29,430 bases of DNA, from positions 1 to 29,430 of the IMG/VR virus record IMGVR_UViG_3300011339_000613. The stretch is one strand, 5' to 3'. Source of the stretch: a virus (taxonomy: Duplodnaviria; Caudoviricetes). The translations under genes were made by a program, and so were the position numbers. The notes beneath the pieces were generated by a model. The model saw nothing but the letters and a program-made list of their open reading frames with translations. It was not told where the DNA came from and made no database searches. Below, one piece after another: positions 14,922 through 24,746 of the stretch (the first letter of the stretch is position 1; each line of letters starts with the position of its first letter).

Positions 14922-16151
14922 ATGACAACATACGTAAACCCATTTACAGGTCAGACGGTTTCCCCGTCTTCTGTTAGCTATGAATCGCTGTCGTTAACAG
15001 CAAACACTGAGTTGGAATGGCCTATCAACGGCAACGACAACACGCCTGCTAGTAGCATCATCGACGTTACTGCGACCTCCTCTGGAACTGGTACAGGATG
15101 GTTGTTGGAATTACCACCAGCCACTCAGGTATCGACTGGTCAGTCAATCATCGTTCGTAACGTTGGTGCAAACACATTTACTGTGACTGATAACGGTGGA
15201 AACACAATTATTTCAATTGCCTCTGGCGTTGCTGATTTCATCTTTTTGACTGACAACACGACAGTTAATGGTATTTGGGCTTCAGTTGTTTTTGGTGCTG
15301 GTACATCCTCAGCCAACGCAAGTGCATTGGCAGGCTATGGTTTGGTGGCGACTGGTTTGACTTTAAATCAAGCCTACAACGTCACAAACTACTACTCAGA
15401 CGCTACTTTGGGTGCTTCAAGTCGTGCTCAGTTTGAGGTGTGGGCTGGTGGTGTTGGAGCATTCACGCTACCTTCTGCATCAACAATTGGGAACAATTGG
15501 TTCACCATCATTCGCAACGGTGGTACAGGTGTACTGACATTGACACCAACTGGTACAGATACTATTGACGGTAACGTCAACATGCAGTTGCAGTTGACTG
15601 AGTCTGTGGTGATCGTATCAAACGGGTCTTCAGGATTTAATACCTACGCTTATGGTCGATCAAACGCATTTGCGTTTACTCAGTTGGCGCAGGTGGTGAC
15701 TGGTGGTACGTTGACATTGTCAGCCGCACAAGGTGCAAATATCATTCAAGAGTACACAGGTGCTCTTGTCTCTAATCAGATTGTTGTTTTACCTTCGACG
15801 GTTCAACTGTATTCATTGCAAAACAATACGACAGGCGCATACACGCTGACATTTAAAACGGCTGGAATTGGATCAACGGTTGCTGTTGGTCAGGGTCAGA
15901 CAGCGTTGGTGGTGTGTGATGGTACGAACGTCTACAGTACGACGAGTAACACATCAAGCTCGTTCACGTCCGCAACGTTAGCACCGGGGGCTGTCTCCGC
16001 CCCATCCTTAAATTTCTTGGGCAACACAACTACAGGTTTGTATCTTCCTGCATCAAATCAAATTGGTTTCGCTGTCAACGGAACAAACGGAATGACGCTT
16101 TCATCCACTGGATTGGCAATAACTAACGGTATCTCAGGCGGTACTTTCTAA
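14922..16151 (+). CDS. Tail/fibre-proximal structural protein with three repeated beta domains
   Basis: Three copies of the LP........I.RN.......(L/F)T motif, the last with VVCDGTNV, plus a C-terminal GAVSAPSLNF..NTTTGLY motif. Confidence 0.65.
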   Translation: MTTYVNPFTGQTVSPSSVSYESLSLTANTELEWPINGNDNTPASSIIDVTATSSGTGTGWLLELPPATQVSTGQSIIVRNVGANTFTVTDNGGNTIISIASGVADFIFLTDNTTVNGIWASVVFGAGTSSANASALAGYGLVATGLTLNQAYNVTNYYSDATLGASSRAQFEVWAGGVGAFTLPSASTIGNNWFTIIRNGGTGVLTLTPTGTDTIDGNVNMQLQLTESVVIVSNGSSGFNTYAYGRSNAFAFTQLAQVVTGGTLTLSAAQGANIIQEYTGALVSNQIVVLPSTVQLYSLQNNTTGAYTLTFKTAGIGSTVAVGQGQTALVVCDGTNVYSTTSNTSSSFTSATLAPGAVSAPSLNFLGNTTTGLYLPASNQIGFAVNGTNGMTLSSTGLAITNGISGGTF

Positions 16152-18391
16152 TGACAGCGAAGGTCATTCAACTGCAGGTGAAGCCGGGCATCCAGCGCGA
16201 TGGGACAAACTTCGCCGCCTCCACTTACGTTGATGGTGAATGGGTTCGTTTTCAAAACTCCCTACCTAGAAAAATGGGTGGGTATCGAGCTATTTTCTTA
16301 GACGGATCAGGCATCTCTCGTGGCATGACCATGACGTCTGAGAACGGAATTAACTACGTTGTTTCTGGATACAGCCTAGGTCTTGAGCAGTGGTATACCG
16401 ACAATGATGACGGCGTGGGTTTTGGCCCTGTTGCCTACACAATAACTGGTGGTGCTGTTGCTGTGACAATTGCTAATGCAGGTTCTGCATACACAAACGG
16501 TACATACACAGCAGTTCCTTTGACTGGTGGTACTGGATCAAGCGCACAAGCCACAGTTGTGATTGCAGGCAACATTATCACCAATGTGACGATCACAGCC
16601 GCAGGTACTGGTTACACGGTAGGCGACTTGCTGAGTGCTTCGTCGGCATCAATTGGTGGTACGGGTTCTGGATTCTCTTTGCTGTTGACTGGCAACACAA
16701 TTTTTACTGGTGGTAACAACACGCTATGGCAGTTTGACATTGGTTATGACTCCAGTGGTGGTGCAACGAGTAATTTGATTGCTCACCCAGCGCAGAACTT
16801 GAATGCAATTGACTCGACGATCAACACAAAACCGTTAATTGGTCAGTTTCCCGGCACAACGCTAGCACCAGTTGGCGTATTTACTGTGGCAAGCTGTTAC
16901 CTGAATGGCTCGACCATCATTATCAATGGCGCGAACTTCTTAGTGGGTAATGGTCAAACAATCTCTGGTACTGGTATCACCGCAGGCACCACGATTACCA
17001 ATACAGACGTAGTCGCAAATGTCACCATTACTGGGTACATGGTCGGTACTACGTTGACAGTGACAGTGGCTAATGATGGATCATTGGCAGTTGGTCAGAC
17101 CATCATTGGTGGTGCTGGTGTTGGTGTGTTGCCAAATACGACGATTACAGCGCTTGGAACGGGTACTGGGGGGATTGGTACATACACGATCAATAACTCG
17201 CAGACAGTCGGTTCTAGCGGCACTCCTGTGGCTTTCTCAGGCAGTGCGACTACTACACTGACAACTTCAGTCGCAATGACGACTGGAACGGTCACTGTAA
17301 CCTATGACAACAACATCTCCGTATCTGGCGGTGTTGTGATGTTGCACCCCTATTTGTTTGTCTACGGAAACAACGGTTTGATTCAAAACTCAGCCGCTGG
17401 TGACTTCTCAAATTGGGTGTCTGCTGACGCTAACGCGAACAACGTAGCGACGGGTAAGATCGTCAAAGGGCTACCACTGCGTGGCGGTACAACTTCTCCT
17501 GCTGGACTTTTCTGGTCATTGGATTCAATTATCCGTGTGACATACGCTCCAAGCACCGTGAACGGTATCAACTTCTATTGGAAGTATGACTTAGTCACCA
17601 GCCAAACCTCAATCATGTCAAGCCAATGCGTGATTGAGTATGATGGAATCTTCTACTGGTGCGGTGTTGATCGTTTCTTGACTTACAACGGTGTTGTTCA
17701 AGAGATCCCAAACACAGCAAATCAGAACCACTTCTTTGACAATTTGAACTATGCACAGCGCCAAAAGGTGTGGTGTACAAAAGTTCCTCGTTGGGGTGAG
17801 ATCTGGTGGTTCTACCCTAGAGGTTCGGCAACCGAGTGTACTGATGCGGTCATCTACAACGTGAGAGAAAAGATCTGGTATGACGCTGGTGAGGCGGATG
17901 GTGCTAGACGATCTGCTGGTACGTTCTCAGAGGTGTTTCGTAAACCCATTTGGGGCGGTACTGGGGTTAACTCCACTGGCGGGTACACCTTGTGGCAACA
18001 CGAGACGGGTACAGATGAGATATACACAACGAATGTGAACGCTGTTCGGTCGTCATTCACTACGAATAACTTGGGGTGGGTCACGGGTGGGCCGGGCAAC
18101 CCCCAGCTATCAGGCGATAACCGTTGGTTGCGTTTAGAGCGTGTTGAACCTGACTTTGTACAGTCTGGTGACATGAACTTGTACGTGACTGGTCAAGGTT
18201 ACGCTGACGACGTTGATCAGGTGTCAGAACCCTATGTTTTTGACAACACAACGCTTAAAATTGACATGCGTGAACAGCGTCGTTTGTTGCGTTTAAAGTT
18301 TGAGTCAAATACATTCAACGGTGACTATTACATGGGTAAAGTGTTACTTAGTGCTGATCAAGGTGACGAGAGGAGCACTGGAAATCCATGA
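16151..18391 (+). CDS. Putative tail nozzle/stabilisation protein (short-tail type) with inserted beta domains
   Basis: KPGIQRDGT...YVDG.WVRF....PRKMGGY N-terminus, propeller-like core (FYWCGVDRF..YNG.V.EIP, GEIWWFYP, VIYN..E..W) and R.ERVEPDF. Position between adaptor and internal proteins. Confidence 0.7.
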   Translation: MTAKVIQLQVKPGIQRDGTNFAASTYVDGEWVRFQNSLPRKMGGYRAIFLDGSGISRGMTMTSENGINYVVSGYSLGLEQWYTDNDDGVGFGPVAYTITGGAVAVTIANAGSAYTNGTYTAVPLTGGTGSSAQATVVIAGNIITNVTITAAGTGYTVGDLLSASSASIGGTGSGFSLLLTGNTIFTGGNNTLWQFDIGYDSSGGATSNLIAHPAQNLNAIDSTINTKPLIGQFPGTTLAPVGVFTVASCYLNGSTIIINGANFLVGNGQTISGTGITAGTTITNTDVVANVTITGYMVGTTLTVTVANDGSLAVGQTIIGGAGVGVLPNTTITALGTGTGGIGTYTINNSQTVGSSGTPVAFSGSATTTLTTSVAMTTGTVTVTYDNNISVSGGVVMLHPYLFVYGNNGLIQNSAAGDFSNWVSADANANNVATGKIVKGLPLRGGTTSPAGLFWSLDSIIRVTYAPSTVNGINFYWKYDLVTSQTSIMSSQCVIEYDGIFYWCGVDRFLTYNGVVQEIPNTANQNHFFDNLNYAQRQKVWCTKVPRWGEIWWFYPRGSATECTDAVIYNVREKIWYDAGEADGARRSAGTFSEVFRKPIWGGTGVNSTGGYTLWQHETGTDEIYTTNVNAVRSSFTTNNLGWVTGGPGNPQLSGDNRWLRLERVEPDFVQSGDMNLYVTGQGYADDVDQVSEPYVFDNTTLKIDMREQRRLLRLKFESNTFNGDYYMGKVLLSADQGDERSTGNP

Positions 18392-18621
18392 CGGTATACG
18401 ACCCTCGCAACATGGAATGGGACTTTTACTGTAGTCTGATGGCGGAGTTGTTTTCGGCAAATGACATTGGTTCAGTCCCAGAAGAAAATTGGCGCGAATG
18501 GGTCGATGGTATTAACGGTATTGGACTTTTTGGTCAATCAGCAATTCCTGATCAGCGCCTATGCGAGACATGGCAAGACTGGGCAGAACAAATGGTTGGA
18601 ATTATGAGTTTGGCAGGATAA
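18388..18621 (+). CDS. Small Trp-rich hypothetical protein
   Basis: ATGA overlap. 77 aa, acidic, with W..W repeats (NWREW, TWQDW). Confidence 0.7.
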   Translation: MTVYDPRNMEWDFYCSLMAELFSANDIGSVPEENWREWVDGINGIGLFGQSAIPDQRLCETWQDWAEQMVGIMSLAG

Positions 18622-18624
18622 AAA

Positions 18625-21600
18625 ATGGCACTTCAAGGTTCATACAGAAACGCATTTGAAGATACTGGCGATGTTGCTGGGGTAGATGCAACACCTAGTG
18701 GTCTATCTAATTTAGCGGTTGATCCTGTAACCACTTCAGCAACTACTGCTGGCGGTCTTGCTTCGGCGATAACCCCAGAACAAGCTGAAATGGAGCGTAG
18801 GCAATCCGAAACTAATGCTCAAGCAGAACGTGAATATGCCGCACAACAAAAAGCCGCCGCTGACAATGTAACTGACTTAGGGAATGGAACGTTCCGACTT
18901 GCTGATGGTCGAATTTTTGATAGTAGTGGAAACCTTGTAACTGATACAACAAGCGGATTGTCTGCTCTCAGCACTACTACAGATAGCGCTAAAGGAACAG
19001 ACGTTTCTGGTCTAGCCACAGATGCTACGGCAGGCACTGCGGCAACCGCAGGAACTTTGACAGCGTTAGCGCAAGGTGATGCAAATGCTACAAGTTCCTC
19101 TACATCAAATGCATACTTCAATGCAAATCCTGATGTAGCCGCCGCGTATGCCGCAAATCCAAATGGGATGACACCTGAGCAATATGCTCAATCACACTAT
19201 CAATCTTATGGTTCTGAAGAAGGTCGTGAGTCTCCATTTGCATTAAGTGGCGAGTTAGCAAAATCTACCGATTTAAAAAATGGCACGTATTTAACCGCTT
19301 CTGGAGCAATTGTTGACTCTTCAGGTAATGCAATTAAGGATACTGGATCTGCCGCCACTGCTACGCTAACAAATCAAATTCTTGCTCAAAATTTGACAGA
19401 CAAATGGCAAGGTGAGGGCTTTGGTACAGCGCAAGCAAACGCGGCTGACATGGCTGGCATCATGGCAAGTATCGGAATTACTGACATCAATCAGTTTGGT
19501 GAAGTTCCTGTTTTAGCGCAAGTAGAGCAAATTGGTCAAAAATACAATGGGCAGAATGTTTCAACGTATCAAAATGAAGATGGAACTACTCGTCAAGTTT
19601 ACTGGAGAGCGACAGGCCAAACAGATCAAGACGGCAACGCAATTGCTGAACAAGTAGAGCTTCCAAAAGATGCAAAAATTGAAACTATTTATGGTTTATC
19701 CGATGGTAACGATGGGTTCACTCAAGTCGATTCTTCCAAAGTTAAAACAGTAGATGGAAAGCTAGTAGCCGATACAGGACAAAAAACTTACGGTAATAAA
19801 GAAACAGGTCAAGCTGTTCCAAATACATACAGCGAACGTCAAACAGGAAACGCTTGGGGCGGTACGTTTGCTGGTGATGGAAATACAGGCTATCGCGTCC
19901 AATTTAAAGCAGACGGAACGCCAATCTTTTACACAACAAAAGCATCTTCCAATGACCTTGCTAATTTGATGCAAGATCTTGGCCCACTGGGTCAAATTGC
20001 TATTGCTGTAGCTACAGGTGGTTTGTCCATTCCACAACAGATCGCCGCTAACTTGGCAATCCAAGTGCTTAGTGGTAAAGATATTGATGATGCGATCAAG
20101 GGTGCGGCAATCAGTTATGCAGGTGCGCAGATCCCCGGTCTCGATGCGCTGAAAGAAGGCACCAACTTCATCAAAGATTTAGGCTTGTCAGCAGGCGTTA
20201 CAGATACTTTGACACGTTCATTCCAGAACGCCGCAGTAGCAGGTGGTAAAGCGCTCTTGTCTGGTCAGAATCTTGGTGACGCAATGATTCAAGGTGCTAT
20301 CACTGGCGGTACAAGTGGTGCTGTCAACACATTGATGGGCAATATTGAGGGATTTGATACCCTGACAGATAGCCAAAAGAAGATGGTCACAAATGCTGTG
20401 ACAGGTGTTGTTTCTGGTCAACCGCTAGATCAGATCGTCATTAACACTGCAATTGCCGCCGCAAACGCTGAAGTTGCTAAAGCCAAAGGTGTATCTGAAG
20501 TTCCCGTATCTAAAGTTGGTGATGGTACTTCTAAGGCAACACAAAGTGGCTTGGATTCCTTGGTAAATAAAGAACTTGAAAGCGCTTTGACATTTGATGC
20601 AACTGGATCAACAGACGTCAATGCCGCCGCTAAGTTGGCGCAGGATCAGGGGTACAGCAAGTTTACCTTTGATGGCAAGTCATACACCATTGACGGCAAT
20701 GAAGACGCGAAGGTTGCCGATCTAGAGAAAACGGTCAAAGCAGAACAAGATCTACTGAAAGCACAAACAACAGCCGCCAACTTAGCTGGTGGCGAGTTTG
20801 CTGGTGTAGATCAAGCTGTAGCTAATACCGCCGCTCAAAACATTGTCTCAATTGGTAACGCAGAAGCAGATACACCAGATGAAGCCGCCGCACTAGCGAA
20901 ACTGCGTAATCCAACTGGAAATCAGTTCACATTCGGTGGTCAGACATACACGATGGGTGGATCGAGCGATGCTGTAAGTAGAGCCGCCGCTGAAGCTCGT
21001 GCAGAAGAGTTAAAGAACAACATCGCTAACGCTCCATCAAAATCTGAGGCGTATAAGCTTGCTCGTGAAGGTCTTGGAGCAGGACAGACTTTTACATGGG
21101 ATGGCAAAAGCTACAGCACAAACACACTTGAAGAATCGCAAGCTATTGCAACAGCACAAGGTGATGCACTTAGCGCAAAGAATCTTGCAAACAGAACACC
21201 AGAACAACAAGCGTTAATTGACGCTCAAAGAGATACAGCCGCACGAGAAGTTGCCGCAAGAGACACAGCCGCACGTATTTCAGCAAACAATTTGCTTGCC
21301 GCAAACACTGGTGATAAGTCTGTAGATACTGGCGGATACGATGCTTTGGGCAACCCAATTGGTGGTCAGACAATCGATGCATCAGCAGATCTAAATACAG
21401 TGAGTGGTCGTTTGGCAAATGGTTTTGCGAACTCCATGACTACGTTCCTAGGTGCTGTGGCAAATGCACCTGTTGCGGCAGTTCAGGCAGGCGGAAACTT
21501 GCTTGGGAACGCTGGCGGAATCATTGATCTAGTGGCTGGCAAATCTACTGAAGCAGGTAACAAACTGCGCGAGCTTGCTGGGCAGGTGGACAAGTTTTCA

Positions 21601-24600
21601 GATTCAATCTCTGATCCTCAGATCAAGATTCAACAGAAGCAAATTGGCGAAGACATCGACAAGGCTGATGGATTGTTGGCAAAGACTGGGGCAATGCTTT
21701 CTGCCGCTGTAAACAACCCTCTTGGTGCGGCTAACTGGGTGTTTACGGAAGGCTTTGAGGAAGTCCCCGGCGTCGGTATGGCGCTCAAGGCTGGAAGCAA
21801 AATTGCTCGCTATGGCATTTCTATTGCCAACGACATGATGGAATCTGGTGGAGCGGCTTACAACGACACCTATAAGGCGGCTAAAGCCCAAGGGATGAAT
21901 GAAGATCAGGCACGAGTCGCCGCACGTAATTCTTCCCTTGCGGCGATGGTTGCAACAGGCGTTACTGGTGGCGTTGTTGAAGGCAAGTTACTTACCAAAG
22001 CAATTGGTAAGGAATCTGCTGGTGAGCTTATCGAAGGATCTGCACAAGCCGCCGCCGCTCAACTTGCTCTTGGCAAGGACTTGAATGTAAACGACGTCTT
22101 GACACAAGGTGTTATCGAGATGGGTGTTGGCAAGGGTGCAAGCTCTACAGCCAACGCTGTGACCGCTACCAACATCAATACCAATATTGCAGGTGTTGCA
22201 TCGTCTGGTGATGTGGAAAAAATCAACAGCGCTATTTCAACCTCTGTTCAAGACGCGCTGGCTAGCGGTACGGCTGTTAACGTAGCTGTCGGCACATCGG
22301 TTGCGTCTGCCATCACAAACGGTGCTGATGCCAACTCTTCGATCATCACTGCTGTAACTTCAGCGATTGATAATGGTGCTGACGTAAACCAGACAATTAC
22401 ATCGTCAATTACTTCTGCAATTAGTGCAGGTGCGGACTCTGCTTTGTCAATTGATTCGACAGTAACGTCAGCCATTACAGGTGGTGCAGACGCCGCTACA
22501 ACTGTTGATTCAGCCGTAACTTCTGCGATGACTGCTGGTGCAGACGCATCCACGTCTATCGCTTCTGCTGTACAAGCGGCTGTAAGTGCTGGCACTAACG
22601 TAACAACAGCAACAAACGCCGCTACTTCAGCGGCTGTAACCTCTGCTATCACAGGTGGAACAGACGTCTCTACAGCGATCACCAACGCCGTGAGTGGCGC
22701 GGTTGCCGCTGGTGCTGATACAACTACAGCAACGACTACGGCTACAGGGGCGGCGGTTACCACAGCCATCACTAACGGAACTGATGCTTCTACAGCGATT
22801 ACAAGTGCTGTAACTGCGGCTGTAGACGCTGGTGCAGATGTAGTAACAGCGTCCAATGCGGCTGTGACATCTGCTGTAACAGCATCGATCACAAACGGGA
22901 CTGACGTTGCTACAGCAATTTCTACTGCGGTTACTGCGGCTGTAGATGCTGGCTCAAACGTTACTGCGGCTACAAATGCCGCGACAACTGCCGCAGTCAC
23001 GTCTGCCGTAACTTCTGGTACCGATGTATCAACTGCGATCACAAACGCTGTAAATGGTGCTGTTGCCGCAGGCGCAGACGCTACAACCGCTACCAGCACT
23101 GCGGTTACTGCCTCAGTAACTGCCGCAATAACCTCTGGTGCGAATGTTTCTACAACGATCTCCAACGCCATTCAGACGGCAGTAGATGCTGGTGTCGATA
23201 CGAACACAGTGGTTGGTAACACAATATCTGCCGCGATCACCGCAGGGGCTAACGTCAATACGGCTGTCACAACTGCTGTGACTACTGCGATCAATGCTGG
23301 ATCTGATGCCAACACGTCAATTGCTACTGCTGTAAATTCAGCGATCACGTCTGGAGTCAACTCCACGACAGCCATCAATGCGGCTGTTCAAGCGGCTATT
23401 GAAGCTGGTGTAGACGTGAACACAGCGATCAACACTGCCGTGAATACTGCGGTAAATGCAAACACCAATGTAACTACTGATGCAAATGTAGACGCCAATA
23501 CGAATGTCACTACAAACGTTAACGCAGATGCAAACGTTGTCACTAATGCAAATACTGATGCAAATGCGGATGTAGTCGCAAACGCAGATCTTCCTGTCAC
23601 TTCCGTTTCTACGGTTACTGGTGGTTTGCCAACATCCGATGTGTTGACAGTAAATCCCTTGGACACTTTAGATAGCACTGTTGCGGCGACATCAACACCG
23701 TCTGTAAGCCCTCTTTCCACTACTGTTTCAGTATCTAAACCTACAGTACCACCACGCAAACCAACTGCCGCGTCAAAGTACAGTCCAAGCGATTTTGCTG
23801 ACCCAACGCTCGATAGTTCACCTCAGTTCTTGAAGGGTGCGCCCAAAGAAAAGGCTATGCAGTTGGCGGCTTTGCAACAGCTTTTCAGTTCACTGACTCC
23901 AGAGATGCAAGAAATTTTCATGGAGCGCGGAATTACACCGCCTGAGGAAGAAAAAGAATCTGAAAAAGTGGCTGAAAATGACACCAAAAAGAAAGACAAG
24001 AAGTCTGACGAAGACAAGACCAAAGAAGAAATCATCGCTGAAGAGGACGCAAAATTGACCCCTGAGCAATTGGCTGAGAAGTACAGTACAAAGTTTGCCG
24101 CCGCTGGTGGTGCTATTGGCGTATCTGAGATGAAGGATACTTTTAATCCAAACCTGAAAACTACTCAAAGCATCTTAGCCGCCGCTCCCATTACGGAAGC
24201 CCCGTTCAAACTGAGCGGTCTGAAGCACCTCAAGCAAGGCATCTCAAAGGCTCCTAGAGCGGTGAGTGAGTACGCCCAAGGGGGATTGCCTACCAAGTAC
24301 GCAAAAGCCGCTCCAAAGGGTCACAATCCCGAATTCATCACTGGATTGACTGGTTACTACGCTCAGGGTGAAGGTACAGGTCAGTCTGACGACATCCCAG
24401 CCATGCTTCACGACGGTGACTATGTGATTGATGCTGACGCTGTGGCGGCTTTGGGTGACGGTTCTAGTAAGGCTGGTGCTCAGGCTTTATCCCAGTTCCA
24501 GTCCAAGGTGCCACACAAAATGTCAACAGGCGGACAAGCTGTTCCTGCGAAGATTGCTGACGGTGAATACGTATTCCCTGAAGCTTTTGTAACTGCCATT

Positions 24601-24744
24601 GGTGGCGGTGACAACAAACAAGGTGCAAAAATGCTCGATGCGATGCGCGAAGAGCTTAGAGCGCACAAAAGATCTGCTCCTACTAGTAAAATACCTCCAA
24701 AGGCGAAAAGTCCTCTGGACTACCTCAGAATGGCGAAAGGCTAA
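18625..24744 (+). CDS. Giant (2039 aa) putative internal virion/DNA-ejection protein
   Basis: Long uninterrupted ORF after the nozzle gene. Ala/Gly/Thr-rich helical segments, several internal repeats, and a C-terminal duplicated G.G.SD.IPAML.DG.YV domain preceded by xxGG motifs. Confidence 0.75.
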   Translation: MALQGSYRNAFEDTGDVAGVDATPSGLSNLAVDPVTTSATTAGGLASAITPEQAEMERRQSETNAQAEREYAAQQKAAADNVTDLGNGTFRLADGRIFDSSGNLVTDTTSGLSALSTTTDSAKGTDVSGLATDATAGTAATAGTLTALAQGDANATSSSTSNAYFNANPDVAAAYAANPNGMTPEQYAQSHYQSYGSEEGRESPFALSGELAKSTDLKNGTYLTASGAIVDSSGNAIKDTGSAATATLTNQILAQNLTDKWQGEGFGTAQANAADMAGIMASIGITDINQFGEVPVLAQVEQIGQKYNGQNVSTYQNEDGTTRQVYWRATGQTDQDGNAIAEQVELPKDAKIETIYGLSDGNDGFTQVDSSKVKTVDGKLVADTGQKTYGNKETGQAVPNTYSERQTGNAWGGTFAGDGNTGYRVQFKADGTPIFYTTKASSNDLANLMQDLGPLGQIAIAVATGGLSIPQQIAANLAIQVLSGKDIDDAIKGAAISYAGAQIPGLDALKEGTNFIKDLGLSAGVTDTLTRSFQNAAVAGGKALLSGQNLGDAMIQGAITGGTSGAVNTLMGNIEGFDTLTDSQKKMVTNAVTGVVSGQPLDQIVINTAIAAANAEVAKAKGVSEVPVSKVGDGTSKATQSGLDSLVNKELESALTFDATGSTDVNAAAKLAQDQGYSKFTFDGKSYTIDGNEDAKVADLEKTVKAEQDLLKAQTTAANLAGGEFAGVDQAVANTAAQNIVSIGNAEADTPDEAAALAKLRNPTGNQFTFGGQTYTMGGSSDAVSRAAAEARAEELKNNIANAPSKSEAYKLAREGLGAGQTFTWDGKSYSTNTLEESQAIATAQGDALSAKNLANRTPEQQALIDAQRDTAAREVAARDTAARISANNLLAANTGDKSVDTGGYDALGNPIGGQTIDASADLNTVSGRLANGFANSMTTFLGAVANAPVAAVQAGGNLLGNAGGIIDLVAGKSTEAGNKLRELAGQVDKFSDSISDPQIKIQQKQIGEDIDKADGLLAKTGAMLSAAVNNPLGAANWVFTEGFEEVPGVGMALKAGSKIARYGISIANDMMESGGAAYNDTYKAAKAQGMNEDQARVAARNSSLAAMVATGVTGGVVEGKLLTKAIGKESAGELIEGSAQAAAAQLALGKDLNVNDVLTQGVIEMGVGKGASSTANAVTATNINTNIAGVASSGDVEKINSAISTSVQDALASGTAVNVAVGTSVASAITNGADANSSIITAVTSAIDNGADVNQTITSSITSAISAGADSALSIDSTVTSAITGGADAATTVDSAVTSAMTAGADASTSIASAVQAAVSAGTNVTTATNAATSAAVTSAITGGTDVSTAITNAVSGAVAAGADTTTATTTATGAAVTTAITNGTDASTAITSAVTAAVDAGADVVTASNAAVTSAVTASITNGTDVATAISTAVTAAVDAGSNVTAATNAATTAAVTSAVTSGTDVSTAITNAVNGAVAAGADATTATSTAVTASVTAAITSGANVSTTISNAIQTAVDAGVDTNTVVGNTISAAITAGANVNTAVTTAVTTAINAGSDANTSIATAVNSAITSGVNSTTAINAAVQAAIEAGVDVNTAINTAVNTAVNANTNVTTDANVDANTNVTTNVNADANVVTNANTDANADVVANADLPVTSVSTVTGGLPTSDVLTVNPLDTLDSTVAATSTPSVSPLSTTVSVSKPTVPPRKPTAASKYSPSDFADPTLDSSPQFLKGAPKEKAMQLAALQQLFSSLTPEMQEIFMERGITPPEEEKESEKVAENDTKKKDKKSDEDKTKEEIIAEEDAKLTPEQLAEKYSTKFAAAGGAIGVSEMKDTFNPNLKTTQSILAAAPITEAPFKLSGLKHLKQGISKAPRAVSEYAQGGLPTKYAKAAPKGHNPEFITGLTGYYAQGEGTGQSDDIPAMLHDGDYVIDADAVAALGDGSSKAGAQALSQFQSKVPHKMSTGGQAVPAKIADGEYVFPEAFVTAIGGGDNKQGAKMLDAMREELRAHKRSAPTSKIPPKAKSPLDYLRMAKG
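22309..23590 (+). repeat. More than 20 degenerate 15/19-aa Ala/Thr/Val/Ser repeats, then an Asn/Thr/Val/Ala/Asp low-complexity tract
   Basis: Unit approximately G[ATSV][DN]xxxAIxxAVxxA[IV]xx, for example GTDASTAITSAVTAAVDA. No Lys, Arg or aromatic residues in the tract. Confidence 0.85.
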
Positions 24745-24746
24745 TT

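Noticed and set aside
22248-23759. Long antisense ORFs (307, 68, 123 aa) opposite the Ala/Thr repeat
   Set aside because: Expected shadow ORFs of a repeat built from Ala/Thr/Val/Ser codons. They mirror the sense repeat and have no RBS or independent features.
18625-24744. Calling the 2039-aa protein a tape measure protein of a long-tailed phage
   Set aside because: No tail tube, sheath, tail chaperone or baseplate genes were recognised. The adaptor-nozzle-internal protein order fits a short-tailed virion.
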